This document shows, in pieces, positions 19,652-29,747 of a stretch of DNA of 64,000 nt (positions are counted from its first letter, which is position 1; every line of letters starts with the position of its first letter). The notes beneath the pieces were generated by a model. The model ran no database searches. It had not been told where the DNA came from and saw nothing but the letters and a program-made list of their open reading frames with translations. The position numbers and the translations under genes are program-made. This stretch comes from Candidatus Bathyarchaeota archaeon (GTDB taxonomy: Archaea > Thermoproteota > Bathyarchaeia > Bathyarchaeales > Bathycorpusculaceae), in NCBI GenBank assembly GCA_963767735.1, contig CAVYES010000005.1:256001-320000 (forward strand), written 5' to 3'.

Positions 19652-20831
19652 TTTCCTCTTCCCCAAAAACCTCATCTAAAACCAAGACTGCCCGATCAAT
19701 CTGTTCTTTCTCAATAACCAAAGGTGGCAAAAGCCGAACAACTGTTCTTCCAGCATCAAGGACCAAAACACCTTTTTCCACCGCTTTGAGAATTACGTTA
19801 TGGACGTCAAAGCGTAGTTCCATGCCAAGCATTAAGCCTAAGCCGCGAATTTCCTTGATTATTTTGTGTTTTGCCTGCAAATCTTCCAGTTGAGCTTTGA
19901 AATACTTGCCCAGAGTAGCTGCTCGGTCTGTGAGTTTTTCTTCTACAAGCGCATCTATGGCGGCGCATCCTGCGGCACAAACTAGTGGGCTTCCGCTGAA
20001 AGTGGTTGAGTGCTCACCGATTTTGAGCGCTGACATAATGTTTTCTTTTGCAACGGTTATTCCGATGGGCAAGCCGCCTGCAAACGGCTTCGCTAAACAC
20101 ATGATGTCGGGGGTGACACCCCAGTTCTGGCACCCGAACAGTTTGCCCGTGCGCCCAAAACTGGTTTGCACTTCATCAAAAATTAACAAAACATTCTTCT
20201 CATCACAGATTTGCCGCGCAGTCTGCAGGTAACCGTCAGGTGGAACACGAATGCCGCCCTCCCCGCGAATAGGCTCCATCAAAACCGCGGCTGTTTTCTC
20301 AGTTATCGCTTCACGAATTTTCTCGGGGTTATCAGGGGCTACATGCTTGAACTCGGGAACCAGAGGCATGAAAGGCTCGCGGTATTTCTTGTCCCATGTT
20401 GCCGATAGCGCACCCATGGTTTTGCCATGAAAAGCACCCATCAGAGCAATTATTTCTGGTTTGCCCGTGTATTTGCGGGCGAGTTTTATGGCACACTCGA
20501 CTGATTCGGCGCCGCTGTTTGAAAGGAACGCTTTATCCAAGCCGTTCGGCGTTATCTTTACAAGTTTTGTTATGAATTCGGCTCGTTTGTCGTTGTAGTA
20601 GCCGCTGTGACATGTAATAAGCTGCTCTGCTTGAGCTTGGATGGCTGCTACAACTTTTGGGTGGCAATGCCCCAGCAAAGCTACTCCGTAGCTGGTTGAG
20701 CAATCCAAGTATTCTTTGCCGTTTATATCCCAGACAAGCGCGCCTTTGCCTCTTGTAAGTACGATTGGTTTTTTGGAGAAAACATTCGCCATGAACCGAT
20801 TTTCAATATCCATGATTTCTTTGTCATTCAC
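19620..20831 (-). CDS. lysJ: [LysW]-aminoadipate/glutamate semialdehyde aminotransferase (ArgD/LysJ)
   Basis: NSGAE, FHGKT, DEVQTSFGRTG, AKPFAGG (class III aminotransferase). Confidence 0.9.
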   Translation of the reverse strand: MNDKEIMDIENRFMANVFSKKPIVLTRGKGALVWDINGKEYLDCSTSYGVALLGHCHPKVVAAIQAQAEQLITCHSGYYNDKRAEFITKLVKITPNGLDKAFLSNSGAESVECAIKLARKYTGKPEIIALMGAFHGKTMGALSATWDKKYREPFMPLVPEFKHVAPDNPEKIREAITEKTAAVLMEPIRGEGGIRVPPDGYLQTARQICDEKNVLLIFDEVQTSFGRTGKLFGCQNWGVTPDIMCLAKPFAGGLPIGITVAKENIMSALKIGEHSTTFSGSPLVCAAGCAAIDALVEEKLTDRAATLGKYFKAQLEDLQAKHKIIKEIRGLGLMLGMELRFDVHNVILKAVEKGVLVLDAGRTVVRLLPPLVIEKEQIDRAVLVLDEVFGEEENERASSTVSN

Positions 20832-21642
20832 CAGTTATCACTGTCCCAACTTTATGATTCAACGCGCAACTAATAGGCTGATTTCCCGTGCCCGCCGTAA
20901 CTAAAACTTCCTTAACGCCCTGGTTCAAAGCGTCCAGCGCCGCGTGGACTTTGGTGCTCATCCCTTGCCCAATGCTTGACATGACCTCTTTAACCTCAGT
21001 TGCACTAATCTTTGGAACACACTCACCTTTGAGCATTAAGCCTGCCACGTCGGTGAGCAGTATTAAGCGGTCTGCTTTGAGGGCGCCTGCAATTATAGCG
21101 GCTGTTCGGTCGCCGTCCACATTGAGTGGTTCAGAATCTTGGCTAAGAGCTATAGGTGTCACAATTGGCACATAGCCTTTTTCAAGCAGAAGGTTTAGCA
21201 GTTCAGAGTTAACGTGGGTTATTTTTCCTGTGTAGCCGCCGTCGATAACTTTTTTTCTGCCCCGTTCATCAATGTGGATGAGTTTGGTTTTTCTTTCAGC
21301 TTTCAAAGTTGCCGCATCTAAGCCGGTTATGCCTACAGCTTGGATGCCTTGGCTTTGCAATGCTAATACAATTTGCTTGTTAATTTTGCCCGCCATAACC
21401 ATCGTGTAAATTTCAATTGTTTCTTTGTCGGTGTAGCGGCTTCTGAACCCTTCAGGTGAAATTATGAATTTTTGTTCTTTGCCAAGCTTAGACGCGATTT
21501 CGGTGACTTCAACGCCGCCGCCGTGCACAAGGATAACTTTGTTGGTTTTGGATACTTCTTTTAGGTCGGCAACTAAATCTTGGGATGCGCCTTCTTTGAG
21601 TATGCTTCCGCCCATCTTAATTACAAGCAGCATAGCTATCAC
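20824..21642 (-). CDS. lysZ: [LysW]-aminoadipate/glutamate kinase (ArgB/LysZ)
   Basis: VIKMGGS, VHGGG, SRYTD, LNVDGDR. Confidence 0.92.
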   Translation of the reverse strand: MIAMLLVIKMGGSILKEGASQDLVADLKEVSKTNKVILVHGGGVEVTEIASKLGKEQKFIISPEGFRSRYTDKETIEIYTMVMAGKINKQIVLALQSQGIQAVGITGLDAATLKAERKTKLIHIDERGRKKVIDGGYTGKITHVNSELLNLLLEKGYVPIVTPIALSQDSEPLNVDGDRTAAIIAGALKADRLILLTDVAGLMLKGECVPKISATEVKEVMSSIGQGMSTKVHAALDALNQGVKEVLVTAGTGNQPISCALNHKVGTVITGE

Positions 21643-22693
21643 ATCGGATGGAAACCAGTACTCTTCAAGCCGGTGGTCTCATCAATGCCCATGAGAATAT
21701 TCATGCATTGTACGCCTTGACCTGAAGCGCCCTTGGTCATGTTATCGAGGGCTGAGAAAAGCAAAAGCCGATTCGCATGATCATCAATCTCAAAGCCGAC
21801 GTCACAGAAGTTTGTGCCCATCGTCACTTTCGGATCAGGCAACTGGTACGGTCCTTTCTGATACTTCACCAAACGCAAAAACGGTTCATTGCCATACATT
21901 CCGCGGAGAGCTTTCCAAATATCCTTGTTCTCTAACTTTTGTTTTGGAAAAGTGTGAATAGTTGCAAGGATTCCGCGTACCATGTTCACGGCGTGAGGAG
22001 TGAACGATATTTTTACTGGTTCATTCGTTAACGCGTTAAGTTCTTGCTCAACTTCGGCTATGTGGCGGTGCCCAACAACTTGTAGGGTCGCACTCCGCTA
22101 AAGCGTTCAGGATGATGCGAAGACGCGGTTGGTTTGCTGCCGCCGCCGGAAGAACCAACTTTTAGGTCAACCACAATCTTGTCTTTGTCAACCAGTCCAG
22201 CTTTCACTATAGGCGCTAAGCCCAAAATGGCGGATGTTGCCATGCAGCCTGGGCAAGCAACAAGTTTTGCGTTTTTTATTTCTTCCCGATGAAGCTCGGG
22301 CAAGCCGTACGCTGCTTCTTTGAGCATTTCTGGGTGGGCATGTTTCCAGCCATAGTAGGTTTCGTAGTCGGCTGGGTTTTTGAGGCGAAAATCAGCGCTC
22401 ATGTCGATTACTTTTAAGCCTGCCTCTAAAAGTTTAGGAACTAAGTTAACTGAGCCACCATGTGGGGTTGCTGTGAAGATCAAGTCGCAGTTTTTCTGCA
22501 ATTCAGCCATATCTTGGGGCACAAATTTTAGTTGGGTCAATCCTCGCAGGTTCGGGTGTACATTGAAGACGTATTCTCCTACGCTTTGGCGTGAAGTAAC
22601 CATAGTTACCTCTGCTTGCGGGTGAAGAAGAAGCAGCCGCAGAAGTTCGCTGCCAACGTATCCTGAACCGCCAATTATTCCAATTCTCAACAT
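21639..22693 (-). CDS. lysY: [LysW]-phosphate reductase (ArgC/LysY), frameshift near 22080
   Basis: GGSGYVG, DMSADFRL, YGLPE, PGC; RPYK joins VVGHRHIAEVEQEL in the next frame, ending DNMTKGASGQ. Confidence 0.9.
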
Positions 22694-22713
22694 GTTTTTT
22701 CCTCGTTACTTGA

Positions 22714-23899
22714 TTAATGGTCAATTAGGCTCTGCGCACCCTTCAAGAGTGGAATCGCTACATTGTAGCCTGTTGCAAGCCGAGTGTTCTCCCAGAACTC
22801 TGGGCAAGAATTCGACTCATGAAACACCAATGCGCTCTTATTTTTTTCTACGCTTTCTTCAATTATCTTTTTAATATTTTCGTAATGTTCACTGTTTGCG
22901 TAGCCTTTGAAGGCTTTTTCAAGTTTACTGTTCCATCCTTGGAAGTCAGTTAGGCGAGTTTCATCCTGCTTAACCTTTTGAACAGGCACAAACGCTTTTG
23001 CAGCTTTATCAAGTTCACCTTTAAGGTAAGCGTCATCAACCTGCTTGTTTTCTTTAACGTTCACCATGGCGTCTAAAGCGAAAATCCATGCTTCACTGCC
23101 TTTGCCAAGGGTTTTGCCACATTTCACCGCCAACTCCTGAATGCTTTTGGGTAGTTTGGCGCCGAAAACCAAGTTGCCCAAGAAAGTGTTTGTTCTAAAA
23201 TCCTTAAAGCCGGCTCTCGCCATTGCAATGTGGATAGCAAACGGGTTGTTTACCTTTTTCTTTGTGAACGATTATTCTTAAATCGTAAAACCACTTTTGA
23301 ATCAGTTCCTGGGCGACTACGCCGACTGGGTTGATTATTGAGGGTTTTGTTTCTTGGATGTTAGCGATGAGTTCTTCATTGTTTTTTGCAAGCATGATCA
23401 TTTTGCCATGTGTTCCAGCATCAGCTTTAATCACTATACCTTCTGATAGAGGAATTTCTTGTTGAAACAGTTCCGCAATGTCTTTTTCGTTGTGAATTAC
23501 TTGCCCATTCTTCAAAGTGTCAGTTGAGTCGCATGGAACGTAAACTGTTTTGGGAATCGGTATGCCTTCTTTCCAAAGGTGAAGTAATGTGCGTAGTTTG
23601 CTGTAGCAGATAAATTCGCTTTGCGAAGAGTTTAATGTTTTTTTGCCAAGCATTTCCATGATGTATGAGGCTTGGAGACGGCGATTTTTGCTTTGTGCAC
23701 GGTTAAGCACAACAGCGGTGTCATTGATTATGCTTGTGTAGTCTTTGCCTTTGGTTTTAGCGTTAAAGCCATCTTTGGAGATTGACAAAGCGATTTTTCG
23801 AAATGGCAGAAAAGTAAGGTCAATGCCTAATTGCTGTGCGGTTAGTTTTATGCCGTTTTCATCGTTTTCAGACCGCTCATACAAAAGTGCAATGCTCAT
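22714..23899 (-). CDS. LysX/ArgX ATP-grasp ligase, divergent with a long insertion, frameshift near 23230
   Basis: LNR, SKLRTL, IPKT, GTHG, QELI...DLRI, FRTN, ESN.CPEF; adjacent to lysW. Confidence 0.8.
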
Positions 23900-23971
23900 C
23901 GCTTTCTGCTTCCACTAAAAAAATTATTCAAAAAACTGATTAAAATAATGAAGGCTGGTTAGGGATACTGT

Positions 23972-24157
23972 TTATTCGCCCCAGTCTTCTCCTTCAATAG
24001 TTAATTCTTGAAGGTCTACGCATCCGCCTTTTACTTGTTTAACTTCAAGTTCAAGTCCGCATCCGGGGCAACTTAGAATTTCTCCTTTTTCTGTGTCTGA
24101 TGGAACATCAAGATCTGCGTCACAGTCGGGGCATTTTGCCTTGGTCATAGCCTTCAT
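23972..24157 (-). CDS. lysW: LysW amino-group carrier protein
   Basis: CPDC...CPGC zinc ribbon and C-terminal EDWGE. Confidence 0.96.
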   Translation of the reverse strand: MKAMTKAKCPDCDADLDVPSDTEKGEILSCPGCGLELEVKQVKGGCVDLQELTIEGEDWGE

Positions 24158-24245
24158 TTCTGAGGGTTTGAATTTACTGGTTTAATCATTTTTATTCGTC
24201 ACTTTATTTATTTCGGAAATGTCTTTTTGATTAATTCGACTTTAA

Positions 24246-24273
24246 TTTAAACATTGTGACTTATTTGTTACAA
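24246..24273 (-). promoter_or_regulatory. TATA box plus palindromic operator of the lysW operon
   Basis: TTGTGAC-N6-GTTACAA next to TTTAAA; 25/26 identical to 54082-54107. Confidence 0.7.
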
Positions 24274-24441
24274 CTTGAATTTTTAATGTTCCATTTGGTG
24301 CAGTAACCAGTATAAAAAGGACTTAAAAAACGAAAAAAGCGCAATAAACAAGTAAAGACAACGAAATCCGCAATGCTACTACAAAGCTTTAATGGGGAAA
24401 TCGTTAAATTTTTCTATCAACAATAACATTCGGCGACAAGA

Positions 24442-24853
24442 ATGGATGAAAAAGATAAAGAAATAATCAAACTTCTAAAAGATGACTCAAGAGCAGGCTA
24501 CGGCGAAATAGGCACAAAAGTAGGCTTATCCGAAGGTGCAGTGCGAAAAAGAATCAAAACATTAAGCGACCAAGGGGTCATACGAAAATTCACAGTAAAA
24601 ATCAGCCGTTGCAGAAGGCGCTCAAGCCATAACTTTGCTTGCAACCAACCCAGCCCACCCAACACAGGAAGTATCAAAAAAAATCCAAACAATCCCAAAC
24701 GTTGAAACAACCTATGAAGTCAGCGGCGAATACGACATCGTGGCAGTTATCAGCGGAATGAACATGACAGAAGTTAACGAGTGCATAGAAAAAATCCGCA
24801 TGGTAGAAGGCATAGTGAAAACCAACACAATGATCGTCCTACGCAGCTCCTAG
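24442..24853 (+). CDS. Lrp/AsnC (LysM-like) regulator, frameshift near 24607
   Basis: HTH D..D..I..L..D.R...EIG..VGLSEGAVRKRI; RAM domain YEVSGEYDI in the second frame. Confidence 0.88.
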
Positions 24854-25092
24854 CCGTCTCTGCCAGATCAGCCCCAAAATTTTGAGAGAACAACAGTCTA
24901 ACCCATAAAAAACAAAGGGATTAATTCGAGCTTTTTGTTAAAATACCTCGCTTTAAGCTCTCTATTTGTTTGTTCGTATTAGAGTCTTGAAAGTTGTTGA
25001 ATCGTAGAGGTGTTGAACAGAGCGACCGGTGCCGAATTAAAGCAATAAGATTTATTAATACTTACGATACAGTTTTCATTTGGGCAAGAAAA

Positions 25093-25728
25093 ATGGTTGA
25101 AAAATTACAAGAAAGCGCGCAGACTTTAAAATGCTTAAACACTATAGAAATCGAAGCTTTTGGACTCTATGAAGTGTTATCCAAGAAAATGAATCCTCCG
25201 GAGAGCAGCTTTGTTTTATGTTTAGCATATGACAGCCTAAAATGCGCAAAGATAACACAGGGAATACTTGACTACATTGACCTACCTGAAACAGAAAACC
25301 TGAACTGCAAAAAAAACCTTGCAGAAATCGCGAACAACATTTCCAAATTTAACAGAAAACTATCCAAAACAAATAACCTAAATTACGAGCTTTCCTGCGA
25401 AATACTGAAAGAATTAACTACTCTAGAAGATCAACTCAGCGAAGTCTACACCAATTACCTGCAATCCCCCGCAATTAGAAATATAGCCGATGAATTTTCA
25501 AAACTGGCCTTAAATTTGAGCAATTTCAAGAAAATCTTTGAAACCATAATAGAGCAAAAACAAAAACACCGAGAAATCCTCATCGAAATAATATATTGCT
25601 TTGAAGCAAAAGAAGCAGAACGACTCCGAACCATGGCGCCAACATTCAAATATAAAAACCCCGACGAATGGATCCACGAATCCACACTTCACGCTTTCAC
25701 AGACACACAAGTCAAAGAAAACGTTTAA
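25093..25728 (+). CDS. hypothetical helical protein, possibly ferritin-like
   Basis: Long ORF with E..A..LY..L and E...HRE.L patterns; start moved to ATG 25093. Confidence 0.5.
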   Translation: MVEKLQESAQTLKCLNTIEIEAFGLYEVLSKKMNPPESSFVLCLAYDSLKCAKITQGILDYIDLPETENLNCKKNLAEIANNISKFNRKLSKTNNLNYELSCEILKELTTLEDQLSEVYTNYLQSPAIRNIADEFSKLALNLSNFKKIFETIIEQKQKHREILIEIIYCFEAKEAERLRTMAPTFKYKNPDEWIHESTLHAFTDTQVKENV

Positions 25729-25744
25729 AATCCCTTTTTCTTAT

Positions 25745-25925
25745 CCAAAAGCAGCATTTCCTTAGTTTATCATCGCGGCACTTCTATTAATGGACCTGTC
25801 ACGGCGGGCAAAGCCTTCTGAGCTGTCAAACCGAAAACGGCAAATACCAAAGCAATAACTGCATAAGGAGAACATTGCTAAAAACAAAATGGAGACAAAT
25901 GCAATCGCTAATGCATTCAAACTTC
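25745..25925 (-). pseudogene. relic of an Acr3 arsenite efflux permease C-terminus
   Basis: Minus strand reads AVIALVFAVFGLTAQKALPAVTGPLIEVP, then broken frames. Confidence 0.55.
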
Positions 25926-25983
25926 CTTCTCCTTATGAAGCAAGAAGTTACCGATTAATCGAAATTATCTTATAAGATTTTGC

Positions 25984-26697
25984 TTAAAACTTTATTTTCT
26001 TAATTCTCTCTACACCGCTAACGGCTCCAACGTAGGCGATATCGGTTAACCCGACAAAAAAACCAGTTTCCACAACGCCCGGAATCATCTTCAACTTTAC
26101 TTCCAACTCTGCTGGTTTAGCTACCTCACCAAAATAAGAATCAAAAATGGCGTTACCATTGTCAGTTATCACCGGACCAAGCTTTCCTTTGCCTTCACGC
26201 AAAACAGGCTGTCCATCTGCATCAATAATTTTTCGTTTTACCAGTGATAGGGCAAAAGGCAAAACCTCAATCGGCACAGACTGGTTATTTTCACCTAGCA
26301 CTTTCACTTTTTTCTTCTCATCAGCAATAATAATGTTAAGTTTAGAGGCGGCAGCAACAATCTTTTCCCTCGCCAAGGCTGCACCCATACCCTTGATCAA
26401 AAATAATTCAGGAGTCACTTGGTCTGCACCGTCGATGGTCACGTCTATTTGTGGATGTTCATCTAAAGTTGTGATGGGAATTCCACATTCGACACCTAAC
26501 AGGAAAGCTTGGTACGAAGTGGGAATACCCATGACACGCAATTTTTCGCGTTTTATTCTTGCGCCTAATGCTTCTATGGCAAACGCGGCGGTACTTCCGC
26601 TTCCTAAACCAACGATAAAGCCATCCTTGACGTGTTTAACCGCCTCTAAGGCCGCCCTCTGTTTTGCCTCTTGAACTGGGTCAAGGTTAACTTTCAA
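25984..26697 (-). CDS. rpiA: ribose-5-phosphate isomerase A
   Basis: GLGSGST, IDGADQ, IKGMG.AL.REK, ITDNGN, PGVVETG. Confidence 0.96.
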   Translation of the reverse strand: MKVNLDPVQEAKQRAALEAVKHVKDGFIVGLGSGSTAAFAIEALGARIKREKLRVMGIPTSYQAFLLGVECGIPITTLDEHPQIDVTIDGADQVTPELFLIKGMGAALAREKIVAAASKLNIIIADEKKKVKVLGENNQSVPIEVLPFALSLVKRKIIDADGQPVLREGKGKLGPVITDNGNAIFDSYFGEVAKPAELEVKLKMIPGVVETGFFVGLTDIAYVGAVSGVERIKKIKF

Positions 26698-27418
26698 TTT
26701 CCATCTGCCCCAGTTTATCTAAAACCTTCTCAACTTCACTTCTAATCGACTCAATCCTTTTCTCAGCCTCAGTTTTAGCGTCAGGCTTTTCCTCCGGAGG
26801 CTTGCGCTTCTTTTTCTGCTTTTCCTCCCCTGCCTCTTCTTCTTCCTCCTCATCACTTTTTTCTATCTGCGAAACGGGTGCTTGAGTCGGTAATTTTACA
26901 GGTATCTCTCTTATCGGTTTAACATCAATCTTCGTTCTTAGCTCTTCAACCTTTGAGGTTAATTCACCGAAACGTTCACTGAACAGCTTCATTAAATCTT
27001 CCTGCATGCCCTCAAGATCATGCAAAGCAACTATTGTTTCATCTTTCGAAATGGATTCTTTGATAGACATCATCCTAGCCTTGTAGCTTGCCGCAAGCTT
27101 TTCTCTCTCTGCCTCCGAGATTTTTCCTTCCGCTTGCGCTTCATATAAGCGCCGTAGTGCATCACTTAAAATCTCTCGTTCTAAATCGAGCATCCGCAGT
27201 TCATCTTTTGCGTTAGAAGCCGTTGTTGTTTGGACGCTTTTGGAGACTCTGAATGGCGAAGCTCCATATTCAAGGAGCGGATCATTATCTGTTTTTTGAG
27301 GTTTTTTCTGCTTGGGTTTATTGCCCAGTTTTCTCATGGAAAAAATCACTGTTCCGCAGGCGACGATTATCACTACCGCTACCGCAGTGACTATTACCGG
27401 GTCATCATACCAAGCCAT
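26687..27418 (-). CDS. membrane-anchored coiled-coil hypothetical protein
   Basis: N-terminal TM helix (from ATG 27418), charged helical body; overlaps the rpiA start. Confidence 0.7.
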   Translation of the reverse strand: MAWYDDPVIVTAVAVVIIVACGTVIFSMRKLGNKPKQKKPQKTDNDPLLEYGASPFRVSKSVQTTTASNAKDELRMLDLEREILSDALRRLYEAQAEGKISEAEREKLAASYKARMMSIKESISKDETIVALHDLEGMQEDLMKLFSERFGELTSKVEELRTKIDVKPIREIPVKLPTQAPVSQIEKSDEEEEEEAGEEKQKKKRKPPEEKPDAKTEAEKRIESIRSEVEKVLDKLGQMEIES

Positions 27419-27670
27419 GCCAAGCTGTCCTCGATATCTTGATTGCGCACCATGTATATATAAATTAATACAAGCAGTCCACACGGTTTTCCAACTTTAA
27501 ATATTGAAAACCGCAGCATGCTGTTTTACTTTTTCACTCGCGCTTTTTCAAGACATCATAGCATGAAAACGAATGGCAGCCAGACAAAACAACTGAGAAC
27601 CATTGTAATTGATATAGAACTGGACCCTGAAAATTCATAAATGCGGAGAGAAAGGGTGCTGTTTTTCGGT

Positions 27671-28054
27671 TTAGCCTACGATCTGCGTTATTTTTTTGAT
27701 GATGCCTTTTTCTATCTCGCGAGTCCACAGCATCTCAGGCACGTCAACGACGAGAAACAGCATCTACGTTAAGAGTGCTTCGATTGCTGCCACTGCCAAG
27801 TTCTGGACCCATTTGCCTATGCCTACATGGATTGTAAAATCATTGGGCTGCCCCGCTATGAGGATAGTGAATGCTCTGTCCGCAGTAATGATATCCCGCA
27901 GAACCCCTGCCTTCTGCGCTTGAATAATTATTCCCAAAGGCACTGTTTTCGACTGTGTTTTGTAGCCTTCGGCTGATAGTTGTTGAACGATCTGCTGTGA
28001 TAACTGAGTCAGGTCTTTGTTTTTTCCTTGAAAATGCAATATTTTCTCAGACAC
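27671..28054 (-). CDS. hypothetical protein interrupted by an in-frame TAG at 27764-27766
   Basis: Frame continues MLFLVVDVPEMLWTREIEKGIIKKITQIVG after the TAG. Confidence 0.6.
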
Positions 28055-28289
28055 TACTTGATCAGGTTCCAAACTAAACCTCAACATTAAGTTGGAGTAG
28101 CGACGAATTAATAGTTTTTCAAGACCCTCAAGATGAGAATGCCATTGCTAATTATTCCGACGATTCCACCGATTATTATCAGCCCAAACAATTTAATGGC
28201 AGGCAATCTGCTCCAACAGGATAATTTATCTTTAGCAAGTTACCACTTTCTCTGTAGGCAAAACCCTGCATTTGTGAGTTTAGAGCGAA

Positions 28290-29525
28290 ATGGTTACTGA
28301 AGAGAACCCCAGGCTTGTTGTTTTCGACGTTGAAGGAGTGCTGATTCCGAAAAACCGCTTCTTTTTCGAAGTGGGAAAAACCTTAGGCTTCGTTAAGCTG
28401 GTCAGGATCCTTTTTTTCGGTTTACTCTATGAAGCAGGCATTTTAAAGTTACAGTCAGTGCTGAGGCACGTTTTTGAAGAATCAAAAGGGGTTGAGCTTG
28501 AAACTTTAACTTGCATTTTTGAAAAAATTCCTTCGACGCCCCTTTTAAAAAATATTTTTTCTCAAATAAAAATGAGAAACTGCAAAATTGCCTTGATTAG
28601 CTCAGGGTTGCCAACGGTTATTGTTAAAAAATTAGCTGACGAATTATGTGCAGATTACGCTTATGGCATTGAAGTTGAAACCAGAGATGGCAAGTTGACC
28701 GGTAAAATCTGGGGTGACGCCATTGAGCCAGAGGGGAAACTGAAAATTTTATCGCAAATTTTAACAGCCGAAAACTTACGGTTAAGCGATTGCATCGTTG
28801 TTGCTGATGACAGAAATAACCGGTGCATTTTTTTGCCTGGAATGTTAAAAATCGGTTTTAACCCCGATTTTGTTATAAGAGTTAAAGCTGACAGGGTAGT
28901 GAATGGCAAACTTTCTGCTATCTTGCCCATTATTGATGGGAAACCGCATAAACGTTCTTTTCCGTCAACAAACGACTTTCTCAGAGAAGATATTCATGCT
29001 TCCGGATTTTTTGTGCCAGTTATCGCCTCTTTAATCGGCGTGCCCACAGTTGGCATTTTAATTTTCGGGACAGCCTTGATATACACAGTATCGGAAATTT
29101 GGCGTTTAGAAGGAAGAGAATTATCATTCATTTCGGCGATTACACGCCACGCTGCCAATCAATCAGAATTACGCGGCTTCGCTGCAGCACCCCTTTACTT
29201 TGCTTTTGGCATTGTGTTTACTTTACTTGTGTTTCCTGCCCCGGCAAGTTACGCTGCTATCGCTATGTTTTGCTTAGGCGACAGCGTGGCCTCGCTTTTT
29301 GGCGGTCTTATTTCAACGTCGTTACCATTTAACAAGGGGAAAACCTGGGAAGGCTCCCTATCTGGTTTCTTTTTTGCGTTTTTAGCTGGCTCGTTTTTTG
29401 TTCATCCATTATTTGCTTTTATTGGTGCCGCGATTGCTATGACCGTGGAGGTTCTTCCTTTGCCAGTGAATGACAATGTGCTGGTGCCAATTATTACGGG
29501 AGCGGCGTTGACGCTGTTAAGATAA
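28290..29525 (+). CDS. HAD hydrolase fused to a dolichol/phytol kinase-like (CTP transferase) membrane domain
   Basis: N-terminal VVFDVEGVL, ISSG, K, ADD; C-terminal GDSVASLFG, KTWEGS, DN motifs with several TM helices. Confidence 0.8.
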   Translation: MVTEENPRLVVFDVEGVLIPKNRFFFEVGKTLGFVKLVRILFFGLLYEAGILKLQSVLRHVFEESKGVELETLTCIFEKIPSTPLLKNIFSQIKMRNCKIALISSGLPTVIVKKLADELCADYAYGIEVETRDGKLTGKIWGDAIEPEGKLKILSQILTAENLRLSDCIVVADDRNNRCIFLPGMLKIGFNPDFVIRVKADRVVNGKLSAILPIIDGKPHKRSFPSTNDFLREDIHASGFFVPVIASLIGVPTVGILIFGTALIYTVSEIWRLEGRELSFISAITRHAANQSELRGFAAAPLYFAFGIVFTLLVFPAPASYAAIAMFCLGDSVASLFGGLISTSLPFNKGKTWEGSLSGFFFAFLAGSFFVHPLFAFIGAAIAMTVEVLPLPVNDNVLVPIITGAALTLLR

Positions 29526-29747
29526 TGGCGGTGTTGCCTAAAGATAATTTTTCAACAAATTATTTCTTGCCTCTCTTATTAATCACAGGCTTTTGTGGTG
29601 CTCAAGCCTACTTAAAACAATCAAAAACGACGTATTCTATATGCCAAGTCTCAATCTATGTTTTGATTCTATAAGGTGGTTCTTGTGCAAAATACAAAAA
29701 AACAGAAATAGGAACTCTCGGTCCTAATTGATTACGAGTGGGGCTTA

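Noticed and set aside
24154-24189. Short upstream ORF MIKPVNSNPQK before lysW as an attenuator peptide
   Set aside because: No Arg and no Lys cluster; could be a frameshifted LysW N-terminal extension
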